From Octopus sinensis (Eukaryota), in the NCBI RefSeq assembly GCF_006345805.1, contig NC_043001.1, positions 65,596,001 to 65,660,000 of the forward strand: DNA of 64,000 nt. Reading direction: 5' to 3'. The first letter of the stretch is position 1. Each line of letters begins with the position of its first letter. Positions 11,982-24,574 of this stretch are shown piece after piece. Under the pieces are notes generated by a model that was given only the letters and a program-made list of their open reading frames with translations, was not told the DNA's origin and did no database searches. Position numbers and translations under genes: made by a program.

Positions 11982-12042
11982 ACATAGAAAATAGAATTAC
12001 AGACACACTCGCGTACTTGCTTTATTTTGTTTGTTTATATAC

Positions 12043-12123
<81 letters not shown>

Positions 12124-12155
12124 GGCGAGTGTGTCTGTAATTCTATTTTCTATGT
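11982..12155. repeat. Perfect 31-bp inverted repeat flanking a (GT)n tract
   Basis: ACATAGAAAATAGAATTACAGACACACTCGC (11982-12012) is the reverse complement of 12125-12155. Confidence 0.9.
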
Positions 12156-12410
12156 GATAAAGTATAGAAAACCGCATTCGCTACAGACTGTGCTACTCAT
12201 ACATATAAATGTATACATATGCACACACGCACGCACACACACATACTCACACAGAGTTGAAGCACTGTTTGATTTTTTTCACCTTCTTGTAACCCTTTTT
12301 ATATATAAAATACTACAATTAGCCATCATTTTTGACAGCACGGGGTCAGCTAGTATATATATAATTAATATAAACAGCAGTTTGCAATGTTTCACTAAAA
12401 AGGATAATTA

Positions 12411-12784
12411 TAATTGTCACTAAATGTGACTAGGGTGTTACAAACACCTAGATTGCTAGAAATAAGAACTAAAATACTCTAATGCTGTAGTCAATGCACA
12501 TGAATGTAAACATATACACTAACAGGGAGCTTAATTGACCGAATAATGCCGAGAAGCAAGTCCGGAAAAAGCCGAACTTTCGAATCAGTCTTAACTGTTG
12601 AGACAACGGAAACTTTCCAAACTGACGTCAGTCTAAAAATTCTCGATCGGCACTTTTCTGACGATTAAGGTCCCTTTTAGTGTATATGTTTATATTCATG
12701 TGTGTTGACTACAGTATTAGAGCATTTTAACTCTTATTTCTAGCAATGTAAGTGTCTCTAACACCCTAGTTAGGTTCAGTGACA

Positions 12785-12790
<6 letters not shown>
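12411..12790. mobile_element. ~380-bp fold-back / MITE-like element with ~125-bp imperfect inverted arms
   Basis: Arms 12411-12535 and 12664-12790 (TAATTGTCACT...CTAGGGTGTTA...GCTAGAAATAAGA...CATATACACTAA). Terminal TA on both sides. Pairing continues more weakly into the spacer. Confidence 0.7.
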
Positions 12791-12830
<40 letters not shown>

Positions 12831-12840
12831 ACACACACAT

Positions 12841-12990
12841 AGTTGCAATTTATAGAAAAACAAAAGACGAAGACAGATGTATAAACAACAAGCAAGTGCA
12901 TTAGTTTGACACTCAGGAAAATGGAAAAGTCTTTTACGTTTTGAGACTACACTCTTCAACAGAAAGGAATAAGAGAAAATAAACAGAGAG
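12841..12990 (-). mobile_element. Short PLE-terminal-type repeat with decayed hammerhead variant (same family as 49180-49386)
   Basis: Minus strand CTTT-CTGTTGA-A-GAGT GTAG TCTC-AAAA-CGT-A-AAAG at 12966-12931, then ...GTCTTCGTCTTTTGTTTTT as in the 49.3-kb copy. Confidence 0.65.
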
Positions 12991-13139
12991 AATGTGAAAG
13001 ACTTGCAGATTTCAGCGGTCCATATCTAATGTATGTATGTATGAATGTATGTATGTATGTATGTATGTATGTATGTATGTATGTATGTATGTATGTATGT
13101 ATGTATGTATGTATGTATGTATGCATGCATGCATGCATG

Positions 13140-13203
<64 letters not shown>

Positions 13204-13204
13204 T

Positions 13205-13368
13205 ATGACGGCTTCTTTCAGTTTCTGTCTACCAAATCCACTCACAAGGATTTGGTCGGCCGAGGCTATAGTAGAAGACACTTGCCCAAAGTGCCACTCA
13301 GTGGGACTGAACCCGGAACCATGTGGTTGGTAAACAAGCTACTTACCACACAGCCACTCCTGCGCCTA
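13205..13368 (-). mobile_element. tRNA-derived SINE, family A, 5' half
   Basis: Minus strand GGCGCAGGAGTGGCTGTGTGGTAAG (A box) ... GGTTCAGTCCC (B box), then GGCACTTTGGGCAAGTGTCTT...GAAACTGAAAGAAGCC. Matches copies at 41465 and 62329. Confidence 0.85.
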
Positions 13369-13809
13369 TATATATTCTATATATATATATATATACATAT
13401 ATATATAAATATTTATATATATATATATGCATACATGCATAAATACATGCACAAACACACACATATACATACATACACATACATACATACATACGTACGT
13501 ACGTACGTATGTATGTATATTGGAAAGAAACAATGATCAAGCAAAACATGTGGTATCTCTTTAGAGCGTGTAATTTATAATTCAAGCATAATTACAGAGC
13601 AGTTAGAGTAAATAAGGAATTAAAAATAATGCATAAAATCTCTTACAGCTGTTTCTAGAATAGATGTGCATATGGTACATAGGTCATATATATATATACA
13701 TAAATACATACATACATACGTATATATAATAGAGAGAGAGAGAGAGAGAAAGGGAGAAAGAACGAGAGAGAGAGCGAGAGAGAGCGCTTGAGAGAGAGAG
13801 AGAGAGAGT

Positions 13810-16800
13810 ATTTCTTTATTCACCATAAGGCTGAGAAAAAGAGGGGACAGACAAAACAAACGTTGGGGGTCAGGGTATCGAATGAGACGAAACGTATGAC
13901 TAAACAAACAATTAAAATATATACAATTAAATGAGAATGAGTGATTAACACAAAATGAAGCGGAGGACGCGGTTGATCCCACAAACCATATACTCACACT
14001 GAAGACTTTGCTTTCTCCTTTTTTACATTCTCGATTAAACAGGTTCTTTCACTCGCAACATACTTGCTATATACTTCCATCTTTTACGAAACACACTTTG
14101 CGACAGGCTTCTCCAGCCTTATTTTCCGTTTCATGTGGAAAACGAAAAAGTCGATTAGCTCAAGACTGGAGATAAACATGCCCGTTGCAATTCCTTTCAC
14201 TCTCGTCTTCCATACTACTTCTTTCGACACAGCAACTACCGAGAGAAAACAGGCTCGCTCCTCCCTATTCAGGGAGGTCGGCGGAACGATCTTAATTACA
14301 GATTCGCTCGACAGTTGTACTCTTCTCGAATGCGACAGCAGGCGTTCGACATAAGCCCAGAGTTCAGTCACCTTGGAGCATTGCACAATCGCGTGCAGGA
14401 CAGTTTCACTGTCCCTCTCACATCTTGCACAAACCGGCGAAGATGCACACCCATGTCTAAAGAGCTTATCTCGAACCGGTAAAGCTCCTCTGTAACATTG
14501 CCAGGCCAGGGAGTTTTGGTAATTATCCATAGGCCCCGGACCGAATGTTCTTTGGAACAGGTTGGCGAATTGATTTTCGTCGAAGCCCAGGGTTTCTCCC
14601 AGGACGTCGTCACACTTAAACTCTACTAACCCTCTATAGAAGAACGAGGTAGTACCCCCGCCACCGGCGTTGCCCGACTGGGAGAGAAGCACGAGTGCCT
14701 GATGATCTACACTTGATCCATGGGTTCAGTTTGGTAAACGATGTGAACTGTGGAAATAACAGCTTGACGAACGAAGACCACACCTGCTCACCGTCCAGGT
14801 AAAGCCAGAGGTGCCTAAGCCTGAGCGCATGTCAGCGCATTTTTAGCCACGGCATCCCTAACCTACTCTTCAGCGGCTTTTGGCAGCAAATAGAGCGCCT
14901 TACTGCCCCTCCACAAAAAGCGAAAGAGCATGCGTTCCAGCTTGTTCAGCCACGAATCGGGGCAAGGCACCATGGTCAGGCGGTAAGTGATTACAGAGGC
15001 GATAAACACCTCTGCAGCCTCCGCCCTCACTTTCAAGGACAGCTTCCACTCAGACCAGCTTCCACTCAGACCTTTCTCTCCACCTCGTTCCAATTCTTCT
15101 CTATCTGGAGATCTGGACCTAACCAGATTCCAAGCATTTTCACCGGCCCTTCTGTCCAACGTCCTACGACGCTGTCGGAAGACATCGACTTGCCCCTCCA
15201 GGTGCCGAGTTGCAAGTCGACCGATTTATCCCGGTTGACTTTAGCTCCTGCCACCGCTTCGTAATCCCTTAAGGCCTCACCCACCCACCGTAGGTGCTCG
15301 ACTCGGGATACGATGACGGTGATGTCCACATACGCCAAAGCTGACTTTCCGCACCCTAGATCTTGTAGAGTGCCCCTCATAGTTTCCAACCTCCTCAGCA
15401 ACGGCTCGAGGGCCAAAACGTAAAGAAGCAGGGAGAGAGGACACCCTTGAAGTACCGAACATTCAATGCGGAACGGCTCCGAAAAGAAACTGTTCACCCG
15501 AACTATCGATTCGATGTTGCTGTATAAAGCGTTGATCCATCCGCGGAAGGTCGGGCCGAAGCTAGCCGCCGCGAGGACCGCCGCCAGATACTGATGGTCC
15601 ACTCTATTGAACGCTTTCGATTGGTCCAAGTGAACCATAGCCCCACCCTTGCCAGGAATCCTATTTACCCTTTCTAAAGCATAGCGTAGAAAGTGGAGAT
15701 TGTCGTGGATGGTCCTTCCAGGGATGGCACAAGTTTGCGCCTCGCCAACAAGTTCACGCCTCGCCAACAAGTTCACGCCTCGCCAACAAGTTCACGCCTC
15801 GCCAACAAGTTCACGCACGACCCGCGCCAACCTTTTTGCTAAGACCTTGGCCAAAATCTTCAACTCTGCGTTAAGCAGAATGATGGGCCGAAAATTATCA
15901 ATTAAATCCCCCTTGTTTGGGTCCTTTCGTAACAGCGCTACTACCCCTCGGCTCACAGACTTAGGAATTCTCCCGCTCTGCTGCCAGTTGGTGTACACGC
16001 ATGTAGGTGGGTCCCCAAACATGTCTGGCATGCTACTATAGAGTTCGAAAGGCAGACCATCGAGTCCCGACGATTTGTCCCGGCCGCAGTCTGCCAACAC
16101 ATCCTCGACTTCCTTGGCTGTGATCGGCGCCTCACACGGTTCGCCGCATCTGGCCTCGATAAACGCGGCGAACCGGCTAGGAAGTCTGCGAGCTTCTCCC
16201 CGCGCTCCAGTCCGCCGCTCTTCCCGAATAGCTGGGCGAAATGATCGTGAAACACCTTGCACATCTCCACGGGTCCGTTTACTGATCGACCATTTGGGTT
16301 CGTCAAAGATCGAATGGTTGAGTTGTTGCCACGCCAGCTCTCTACCACCTAGGCCCATCCGGCTGCGTTGATCCCTTCCTGTCTCATTGCACGGATCTTA
16401 GCCCTGACAATGCACCCTTCATGTTTAGCTTTGAGATGTTGGTCGAGTGCCAACCTCGCCGCTAACACTTTCGATGCACTGCCTAACCTCATTGCCTCAT
16501 TTATTGCCTTAACTAGTTCCTTTTCTACTCTGTTTCTAGCACTAGTTAATTCTTTGCTAAACCTAATTGACTCAAATTTGATAGCTCTTTTTAGGGCGTA
16601 CCACCATTTGATGTTGATAATGGATCCGGTTGACGCCCTCATTACTAATTGTTTAATCCGATTCGTGTAGGCTTCACAGTCCAATAGTGACTTGTTTAGC
16701 TTCCAGTAACCGGTACCTCGTCTACACATGCTATCTATGTCGAGCGTACAGGTCACTAATTTATGATCGCTGTAGCTGACGATATAGTGTTGTGGACAGC

Positions 16801-17433
16801 TAAGTATTTTCTTATCTTTCCTTCTGGTTATGATTCTATCTATGTACGATCTGGACGACCCGTCGTTTCTTGTCCAGGTCCACGCTGGAGCGTCTGGGTG
16901 GTCCAGTCTGAATTGATCTACCAACTCGAAACGACTTAGCAGATCGTTGAGGTGTGGTAATCCCCTCCTACTCTTTCTCGAGCCAACATAATCTACGCGT
17001 GCATCACAAATTATGCTGAAGTCACCTAGCAATACTATAACGTGTTCGACGTGCCGAGAAAATTCTTTAGGCTTTTGAAGTAATCTTTCTGCCAGGCTTT
17101 TCCTTCGCAGGGAGCATAGACAGCAACCAGCCTGAACACTTTACCACTGCTGTGCGTCACATCCAAAACGACCAACCTGCCTTCCGGATCTATAAAGACA
17201 GTTCTAATATCTAAATCCAGGTTTTTTTCTGACCAGCACTGCCACTCCTCCGCCCCCTCCCGGTCGACAAGGAGAAACGTATTTCTCGTAGCCGTTTAGA
17301 AGGGGCGAAAAAGCCTGCAGTCCATTCAGTCTGGATTCGGTAATTACAACTACATCCAAACGATGCGACCTAAGGTCGTTAAGGAGGTAGCATTGCTTCC
17401 AATACGACCCCAGGCCGCGAATATTTAAACAAC

Positions 17434-17434
<1 letters not shown>
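13810..17434 (-). mobile_element. Tx1-type (L1 clade) LINE: near-complete ORF2 (APE-RT-zinc finger) plus 3' UTR, ORF1 absent
   Basis: APE CLNIRG, DVVVITES, LGDFS, SYIDRI, SDHKLV, GYWKLN. RT SGLDGLP, NFRPIILLN, HLDQSKAFNRVDH, QGCPLS. C-terminal CARC..ETVLHAIVQC. Several stops and frameshifts. The 3' UTR ends AATAAAGAAAT before (CT)n. Confidence 0.92.
15739..15816. repeat. 19-bp unit x4 tandem inside Tx1 ORF2
   Basis: GCCTCGCCAACAAGTTCAC starts at 15739, 15758, 15777 and 15796. Confidence 0.95.
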
Positions 17435-17493
<59 letters not shown>

Positions 17494-17521
17494 AGATAGA
17501 GAGAGAGAGAGAGAGAGAGAT

Positions 17522-17554
<33 letters not shown>

Positions 17555-18015
17555 TGTATATATGTATGCATGTATGTACGTACGTATGAATATATGTATG
17601 TGTGTATCTGTGTACAGTAATTGTTGCTTTGCTATATTTCCATCTGTGATATATACACTTTCCATCATCTTTCCACTAATTATGAATTGCTTTGTTTCAT
17701 ATCTCTCTCTGTCATCCGTTTATAGAGTTTCTAACATTGGTCTTCACTCTTCATTTGCCATGAAAATATTGGTTATACAAGATGTCTCATCTCTGATCAG
17801 CGCCACTTATTCTTTTAGGTTGGTTCTTTTATTATAAAGGACAATGTAGATAACGAGGACAACTTAAATGCAATATCTCCAGGGTGTGTCTTTTTTTAAT
17901 ATCTTAGTGAAAATAGATGAAGGTGAGTGGGAGGAGGAGGGGTATTGAAAAATAGCAACAAAGAAAACAGAAGATAAAATAGGAACACCGCCCCCACCAA
18001 TAAAGAATTGACTAA

Positions 18016-18072
<57 letters not shown>

Positions 18073-18806
18073 CCTGGCAAAATGACCATTCCGAAATACA
18101 ACAATAATAATAAAAGAATGAAGTAAATCACGTGAATGAATCGAGAAAAATGAATTATAATAGAAAATAGTACAGTGGGTGTTGAAAAAGTAAGTGGCAG
18201 AGAGGGAAGTAGTGGGAAGAAAGTGATTTTGAAAACGAGGAAAAGTATTTAAAATTGTGAAAATGTGAGGAGAATGTGGCGGAACAAGAGGACTGGTTGT
18301 AGAAAATGGTAAATTGTAGGGTAAGAAATGAAATGTTTTGAGTGAATTGAAACGTCTTAAGATGAAAGCTAAGCAATAATTACAAAGCCCTACAGCGGCA
18401 GTAAATAGATGAGGATTACTTTTAGAATCAATGTATCCATCAGTGGGTCATGGTCTCTCCGAAATGGGAAGGGTGAGGATGGGGACATGGGTGGGTTCAG
18501 AGTAGTGACCTTCATAAATCACACAAGGATATATATTTACAATATCAGTGAAGGGAGGTAAAGACAATAAAGACAATAGGGAATCAAAAGCAGTTGACAG
18601 ACTCAATTTTTGCAGGGAACACGTCTCCCTCTCCCTTTACTCTATCTGCTCGCCTGCTGAATCTAATGTATTCTGCAATATACTCATTTCTATCGACGCT
18701 CTCTTTCTCTTTCCTTTCTGCTATTTCTACATCAATTTGCTTATTTTTGTACAAGCGCTCGAATATTTCCTTTACTACGCGACTTGCTTACGCACATAAA
18801 CACACG

Positions 18807-18883
<77 letters not shown>

Positions 18884-19392
18884 ACACACAGAGTTAGCTC
18901 TTTAAAAATGTCACTCGTTCATTATCAGCTACTTCTATAATTCTCAACCACCCTGTTCTCTCTCAAAACTTTACAGTCACTCATCCCCATCCCCACTACT
19001 TTTTGTTTCACCCATCTATATTTGTATGGAGTATATAATACTACTTCTTATAACAAACACACTTGTAAGCATAAAACTCTTTAACAACGAACTTACTGTT
19101 AGGTGAGCTACAGTTTGTTGCCAAAGCCGTCCTGGTGGCGTCATTCTATCAGTTTGACGTCGTCTTCTACAACAAATCAACAAAAAAAGACAGATTTCTA
19201 TAAGACACAGCTATGGAATCTCTGAACACTGACAATGTTTATTATATAAAAACATATAATCAAAAATAATAATTTCATTGTTAACAAATTTATCAATGTC
19301 TCTGATGTGTGAATATCATTGTTATACGTGCAGCAACATTACAACGAGTAATACCGCGACTGGAGATGAGCTACTGTAACTACTACTACTAT

Positions 19393-19472
<80 letters not shown>

Positions 19473-19829
19473 TACAGTTGAATTACTGAATTTCGGCTAA
19501 GTTGGGTTTCATTCGGTTTTTGTTACATTCGAAACTGCGAGCTCTTTCAGTTTGTTTTTTGTATATATTAGACAATATCTAGAACTGAAAATATCCATAA
19601 GCACTTCGAAGATTATAAAAGTGAATAAAGCTTGGTAGAATTAGCTAAATATCAGACATCAAATCACTATCATAGGATAGAGGAAGTTGTAGGTCTAAGT
19701 ATCTAAGATTAACGAGCAATATAATGAAAACAAACTATAAAGATTCATTAACAGTTCTTCGTATACCGCATTTTTATTGGCCAAGAGGAGAAGCCTGTGC
19801 CCCTCGTTTTTGCAGTTTCTCTGCAATCA

Positions 19830-20660
19830 GGAGGCTCGACGACGATTTACTTCAATAAATGAGAGTGAACGGCTGCATTGAAGTCGTGGATTGAAGTCTA
19901 GAGGGACCGATGTTGTAGGGAGGAAAGATTGTATGGATTGATTAGTGCAAGATAGGTGAATATGAGTGTCAAGAGGATAAGAGCTTAGAATATCAGGAGT
20001 GCCTGGATGGGAGTGGAAATGGATAAACTTTGTACGAGGTGGAGCAGCCACAGTCGTACAGTACAAAGGCTAGAAAGAGGAGACACAACCTCTATATGGG
20101 ACAGAGATAGAGCGTGTTGGTGAGTAATTTCATACAAATAGATCAAGGGACCTTTCTCAGGATACGGTGTTGCAGCAATAATGTCCTAGATGTGAGAACT
20201 GTCTTCTATTGTGAGTTTAGAATGTATGTGTGTGTGTGTAAACAGTACTCCATCGTGAGTCCTACTCGAATTTTGTAGAATATCGGTTGTTGTTAGATGT
20301 TGAAGTATTTCCTGGCCCTGAATAGAAAGGTTAGTGTTAAAGCTGTTAAAGTTTTAAATTGAGGAGGTCGAAATTTTCGATGATGAAGCCTTGATCGTTC
20401 TAGCTTCAAGCTGTGTTAACAACAATAATGAAGCCTTTATGGTTCTAGCTGCTTGCTGCTGTTCATGCTCAGGATGACTGTACAATATTGTTGTATTAAT
20501 ATGTAGAGGGATTGTATATTTGCGCTGTTGAACAAGACAGGATTGGCGTGACCCCATTGGAGGATCATTTCGAGGAGTCTATTCAATGTATCCTTTGGAT
20601 GAGTTTTAATGTAGCACTTCAATCTGTTAGAAATGGAAGCCAGTTCTCACTCAAATCACA
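19830..20660 (-). mobile_element. Old L2/CR1-group LINE 3' relic
   Basis: Minus-strand LEMILQWGHANPVLFNSANIQ, FLFRARKYF, GLTMEYC, HSHP and SIQSFLPTTS parallel the RT C-terminal series QWG..NLVEFNASKTQ / LFRARKYF / SLEYCSH / QSFIPRTS. Confidence 0.6.
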
Positions 20661-22368
20661 CCCTGTTGTCTTAAAAAATGAAGGACACATTAGATAACAT
20701 GACGCAGCACTGTGATTTAGAAAAAGATGGGATGGTAGCAATTGAAACACAATCAACGAACTGTTTGATTGATTAAAGCCGACTAAAGGCTAAAGACACA
20801 ACACTCTTTCCAGATGATATATATTGGCTATTGACAAATATTCCTACATTTGTGGTTGAAACTGCACAGAAGCTAAATCGGTCCGAAATAACAACCTTAT
20901 GGAAGTAACAATAAGGAAGAATGTTTGTTGATCTTAGTCATTCCTTAGTTTAGACAACAAAGATCACACAGTCTGAAAATGTATGCAAATAATGCCATGT
21001 ATTGTAAATGACACGGACTGAAATGATATGAAGCAGTTAACTCTGCGTCTTTACATCGCTTGTTGGACATCAAACAATTCGTGTGTTCATTGGAATGATT
21101 TAGCGATAGTAGGGGTGGCATACACAAGCATAGACAAACACATAATATATGTTGATAATCATATATGTTGAATGTTGTTCTGAGTGTTGTTAATATGGTT
21201 TAGCTTTAGGTCATGGCTAACTGGAAAGTGTTGCAGCCATAACCACGTTGTTGTGCAGCTTAGGCTTCAATTCCTCATATCTTTGAAAGAAACATATTCC
21301 ATTCATGACCATACCACCCTATTTCCACCAATGTACTAAAAACGCCATTATCCAATGTAACCTATTTTAAGAGAGTGAGTGTATGATTTAAGAGAGATTA
21401 AGTTGTTGTTTGTAGCAGATCGAATGACCGCATCGGGGTTTCTTCACTGTATTATGTAAAGGTCTGTAGAGTTAAACTTCCTCTTCACGTGGCACAGACT
21501 GTTAAGGGAGGTAGGACAATATTACTTTACAAATGGTTAAAACTGATCTTGGCATATAAAAAATAAAGATAGCAAAATATTAATAAAATCATTGGATGGC
21601 ATCGGTGGTTTTTTGGTAAACGAGTACAACAATGTCCCCTAGGGGACGATAAGGAGTGTATAATGGAAGTAAACTCGGCCAAATGTGTAATACAAGATCC
21701 AGAACTTGCTAATTAGAATGTCACTTGAAACAACAACGACGACGACGACAACAACAGTAACTACAGCAGAAATAAAAACAACAACAATAGCAACCGTAGT
21801 ACGAACAACGATAAATAATGACTTAAAAAGAAATAGTTTTAAATAGTCATTAAAGAACCTAGAATCTTGCACTGCTTCACCAAATCCATTTAACTCGAGA
21901 TGTATCTTAAGGGACCATTTTGAGACTTAATCAGAGGAGGAAGACTGGCACTATTATTGGTGGAATATAAGTGAACTATAGTAGGTACCAGCTCATCAGA
22001 CTCAGTAATTAAGTAGGAAAAGAAAGCAATGCCAGAAAAAGTAAGATAGTAAGAGGTAACAACAAAGGAATTTAAAAAGAACTTTAAACAGGAAGTTAAA
22101 CGTTGAAGAGGAAGGTAAGGAGGAAATGAAGTAATTGATTTCAGAGAAACGAAAAACAAAGTCAACTGCGGCAGAAATTGAATTGAAAACGTGAAGGGAC
22201 GCATCTAAATACCACAAATTATCTTCTCCAATGCACTTCTAATTTAATTTAAGCAAATTAAGTAAATGTTTCATCAGCAGAAAATGTAATATTTTATATT
22301 TTGTATAAAAACATACATGCACACATACGTAAATACCTACGTATATATGTGTGCATATATGTATGTGC

Positions 22369-22438
<70 letters not shown>

Positions 22439-22448
22439 TATGTTTTCC

Positions 22449-22493
22449 AGTTTCAGTTCTTGAGCTGTGGCCATGCTGGGGCACCGCCATTTT
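22449..22493 (-). mobile_element. Very short CR1/SINE 3'-tail insertion in a (TA)n tract
   Basis: Minus strand GGCGGTGCCCCAGCATGGCCACAGCTCAAGAACTGAAACT, matching the CR1 3' end at 8038-8080. Confidence 0.7.
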
Positions 22494-22554
22494 ATATATA
22501 TATATATGTGTGTGTGTATGTATGTGTGTGTGTGTGTGTGTGTGTATAAACAAA

Positions 22555-22730
22555 ACAAAAAATGGATCAAGAACGTAACAGGCGACAACAAAACACTCGG
22601 ACAATTAGACAACACAAAAAAGGACAGGAAAAAACAAGAACGGGTCATTCGGAGCTTTCGATCTTCAGTCGAATACCAGATCGTCTTTGCAGTTTCGGCC
22701 CGTTATATCAGGATTGAATAAAAAGACAAC
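22555..22730 (-). mobile_element. PLE terminal-repeat-like non-coding repeat
   Basis: Homologous to 11060-11160. Minus strand CTGAAGATCGAAAGCTCCGAATGAC is a degenerate hammerhead-like string. Confidence 0.45.
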
Positions 22731-23297
22731 AAACGGAAAATATGACCTACCTATATGTAATTAAAAAAAAACTTGCAGTAAATAAACAAACGAACATATA
22801 GTAAATACAGAAACGGACAGAAAACACACATACATACATACAGTCATCAGCCAGAGGGTCAAACGCAATTTCAGCTATTATCGATAATATTGCTTCCACT
22901 CTGGAGGTACAGACAAGAAACTTGCCAGGAATGGGACCTAAACATAACAAAACGAAATGGGTTGGAGACGAGACCGTTAGTGGACGGGCGAGGAACAAAA
23001 CAATAAGCAGAATAAAGGCTTTGGGCCACACGAAGACAACAATTAATAATAGTAATACATATACAACGTAAAGCCTTGGGACTGCAAGACAAGGCAAAAA
23101 TGGGTAATGCGAAGTGAAAATGGAGGTGGCGTGGGAGTAGAGCGAGGAGCTCAGAAAATCGTGTCCAGTACGGTTGAAGGCAACGCGAAAAAGAATGACA
23201 CCACATTAGGTCGTCACGGGTCACGTGATAGTGGGAAGAAGGTAACAGAGAAAGACAGAAAGAGAGGGAGAGAGAGAAATGAAATTAAGAAAAGCAA

Positions 23298-23328
<31 letters not shown>

Positions 23329-24039
23329 GAAAGAGAGAGAGAAAGAAAGAAAGAGAGAGAAAGAAAGAGAGAGAGAAAGGAAATTAAGAGAAACAAAGAG
23401 AGAGAGAGAGAGACAGAGAGACAGTGGGAAACAGAGAGAGATAAATAGATAGATAGATACACATACATGCACACAAACATAAGTACGTACATACATACAT
23501 ACATACATACATACATACATACATACATACATACATTCATGCATAGATACATGTACATACTCACACGCACACATTATATACATAGATCGATATGTTGCTA
23601 GATACATAGATATATAGAATGATAAATGAAATGAAGAAATCTTCAATAATGCAGAGAAAAACCTTTATATATTTCGGGCGCATAGGCAAACAGTATGCAT
23701 GTGTGTGTTGTTCCAAAAGGAGACGGCTAACTACGACCAATCATGGAACCTTACAAGACCCAAATATGTTTGCCTACCAAGGGTAGATATCGTCCCTAAG
23801 TTGTAGCCTATAGTCTAATTCAAACACATTAAATCAAACTAAAAGAAAAAGGGGAATTATTAGGGTATAGAGAGAGGTTTAACTGCAAAATTCTTAATTT
23901 TTAAAGGAAATAAGAAAATATTTCTGCAGAAATAAGAGTTATTTGTATAAGTTATAAAGTATTACAGTTAGGTGAATGTTTTGTTTGCATTTTATTTCCT
24001 TTATTTCAACTTTGTTTCTTGCACCCATTTTGTGGAGGA

Positions 24040-24230
24040 CTGGCACAATCGTTAGAACGGTCTTGGAGTATTTGTTCCCGCTCGTTACGTCTTGAATTCA
24101 AATCACGTCATCGTTAACTCTGCCGTTCAATCCTTCGGGATCTATAAAATACAGTATTAGTATAATATTAGGGTCAATTTAATCGAATAATCCCTTCCAG
24201 TTAAAATTACTGGCCTTGTGACAAAATTTA
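24040..24230 (+). mobile_element. Old tRNA-derived SINE, family B-related
   Basis: GGCACAATCGTTAG...GAATTCAAATC...CCTTCGGG..TATAAAATA...GGGTCAATTTAATCGA...GGCCTTGTG follows the layout of the 58141 element. Confidence 0.55.
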
Positions 24231-24289
24231 TTGCAGTTATTGTGATTATAATTAGGCAGTGCAGTTTTTGGCTTGCTTGCTCACATAAA

Positions 24290-24574
24290 AGGAAATAACT
24301 AGTTGCCCCCCTTTCAATAAATGAAATTTTCAGATGAAGTACACCAATAAAACATTGCTAGGGTAATAGGCATTTTATGAAAAACAACACATAGAAACCA
24401 AGAAAGTAGGTCAGCAACCAGTAAAATCTGGGTTCAGTAGAAAAACATTTTAAGCGATAAGAGAAGGCTCATAAAGTTATCTTCTAGTAATAGGAAGTAC
24501 ACCATTATTTTATTATCGAAGAATTCCACTACAAACAATAGAACGGGAGAAATATCTACACACACCATTAATAG
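24290..24574 (+). repeat. 285-bp segment duplicated at 27080-27364
   Basis: Direct repeat with offset 2790 bp. I see only two substitutions (AATTTT/AAATTT and GTTAT/GCTAT). Confidence 0.95.

Noticed and set aside
12536-12663. Hammerhead in the spacer of the 12.4-12.8 kb fold-back
   Set aside because: CTGACGA (+) has no downstream GAAA, and the minus-strand candidates lack A9 or a stem II.
15739-15816. CRISPR-like array
   Set aside because: Head-to-tail 19-bp units with no spacers, inside a LINE ORF in eukaryotic-type DNA.
19108-19205. Protein-like frame GELQFVAKAVLVASFYQFDVVFYNKS after a TTAG acceptor
   Set aside because: Runs into TAA with no usable donor, and no recognisable family.
21880-22230. 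Purine-rich, codon-like stretch
   Set aside because: Multiple stops in the best frame and no identifiable motif. Probably an unclassifiable TE relic.
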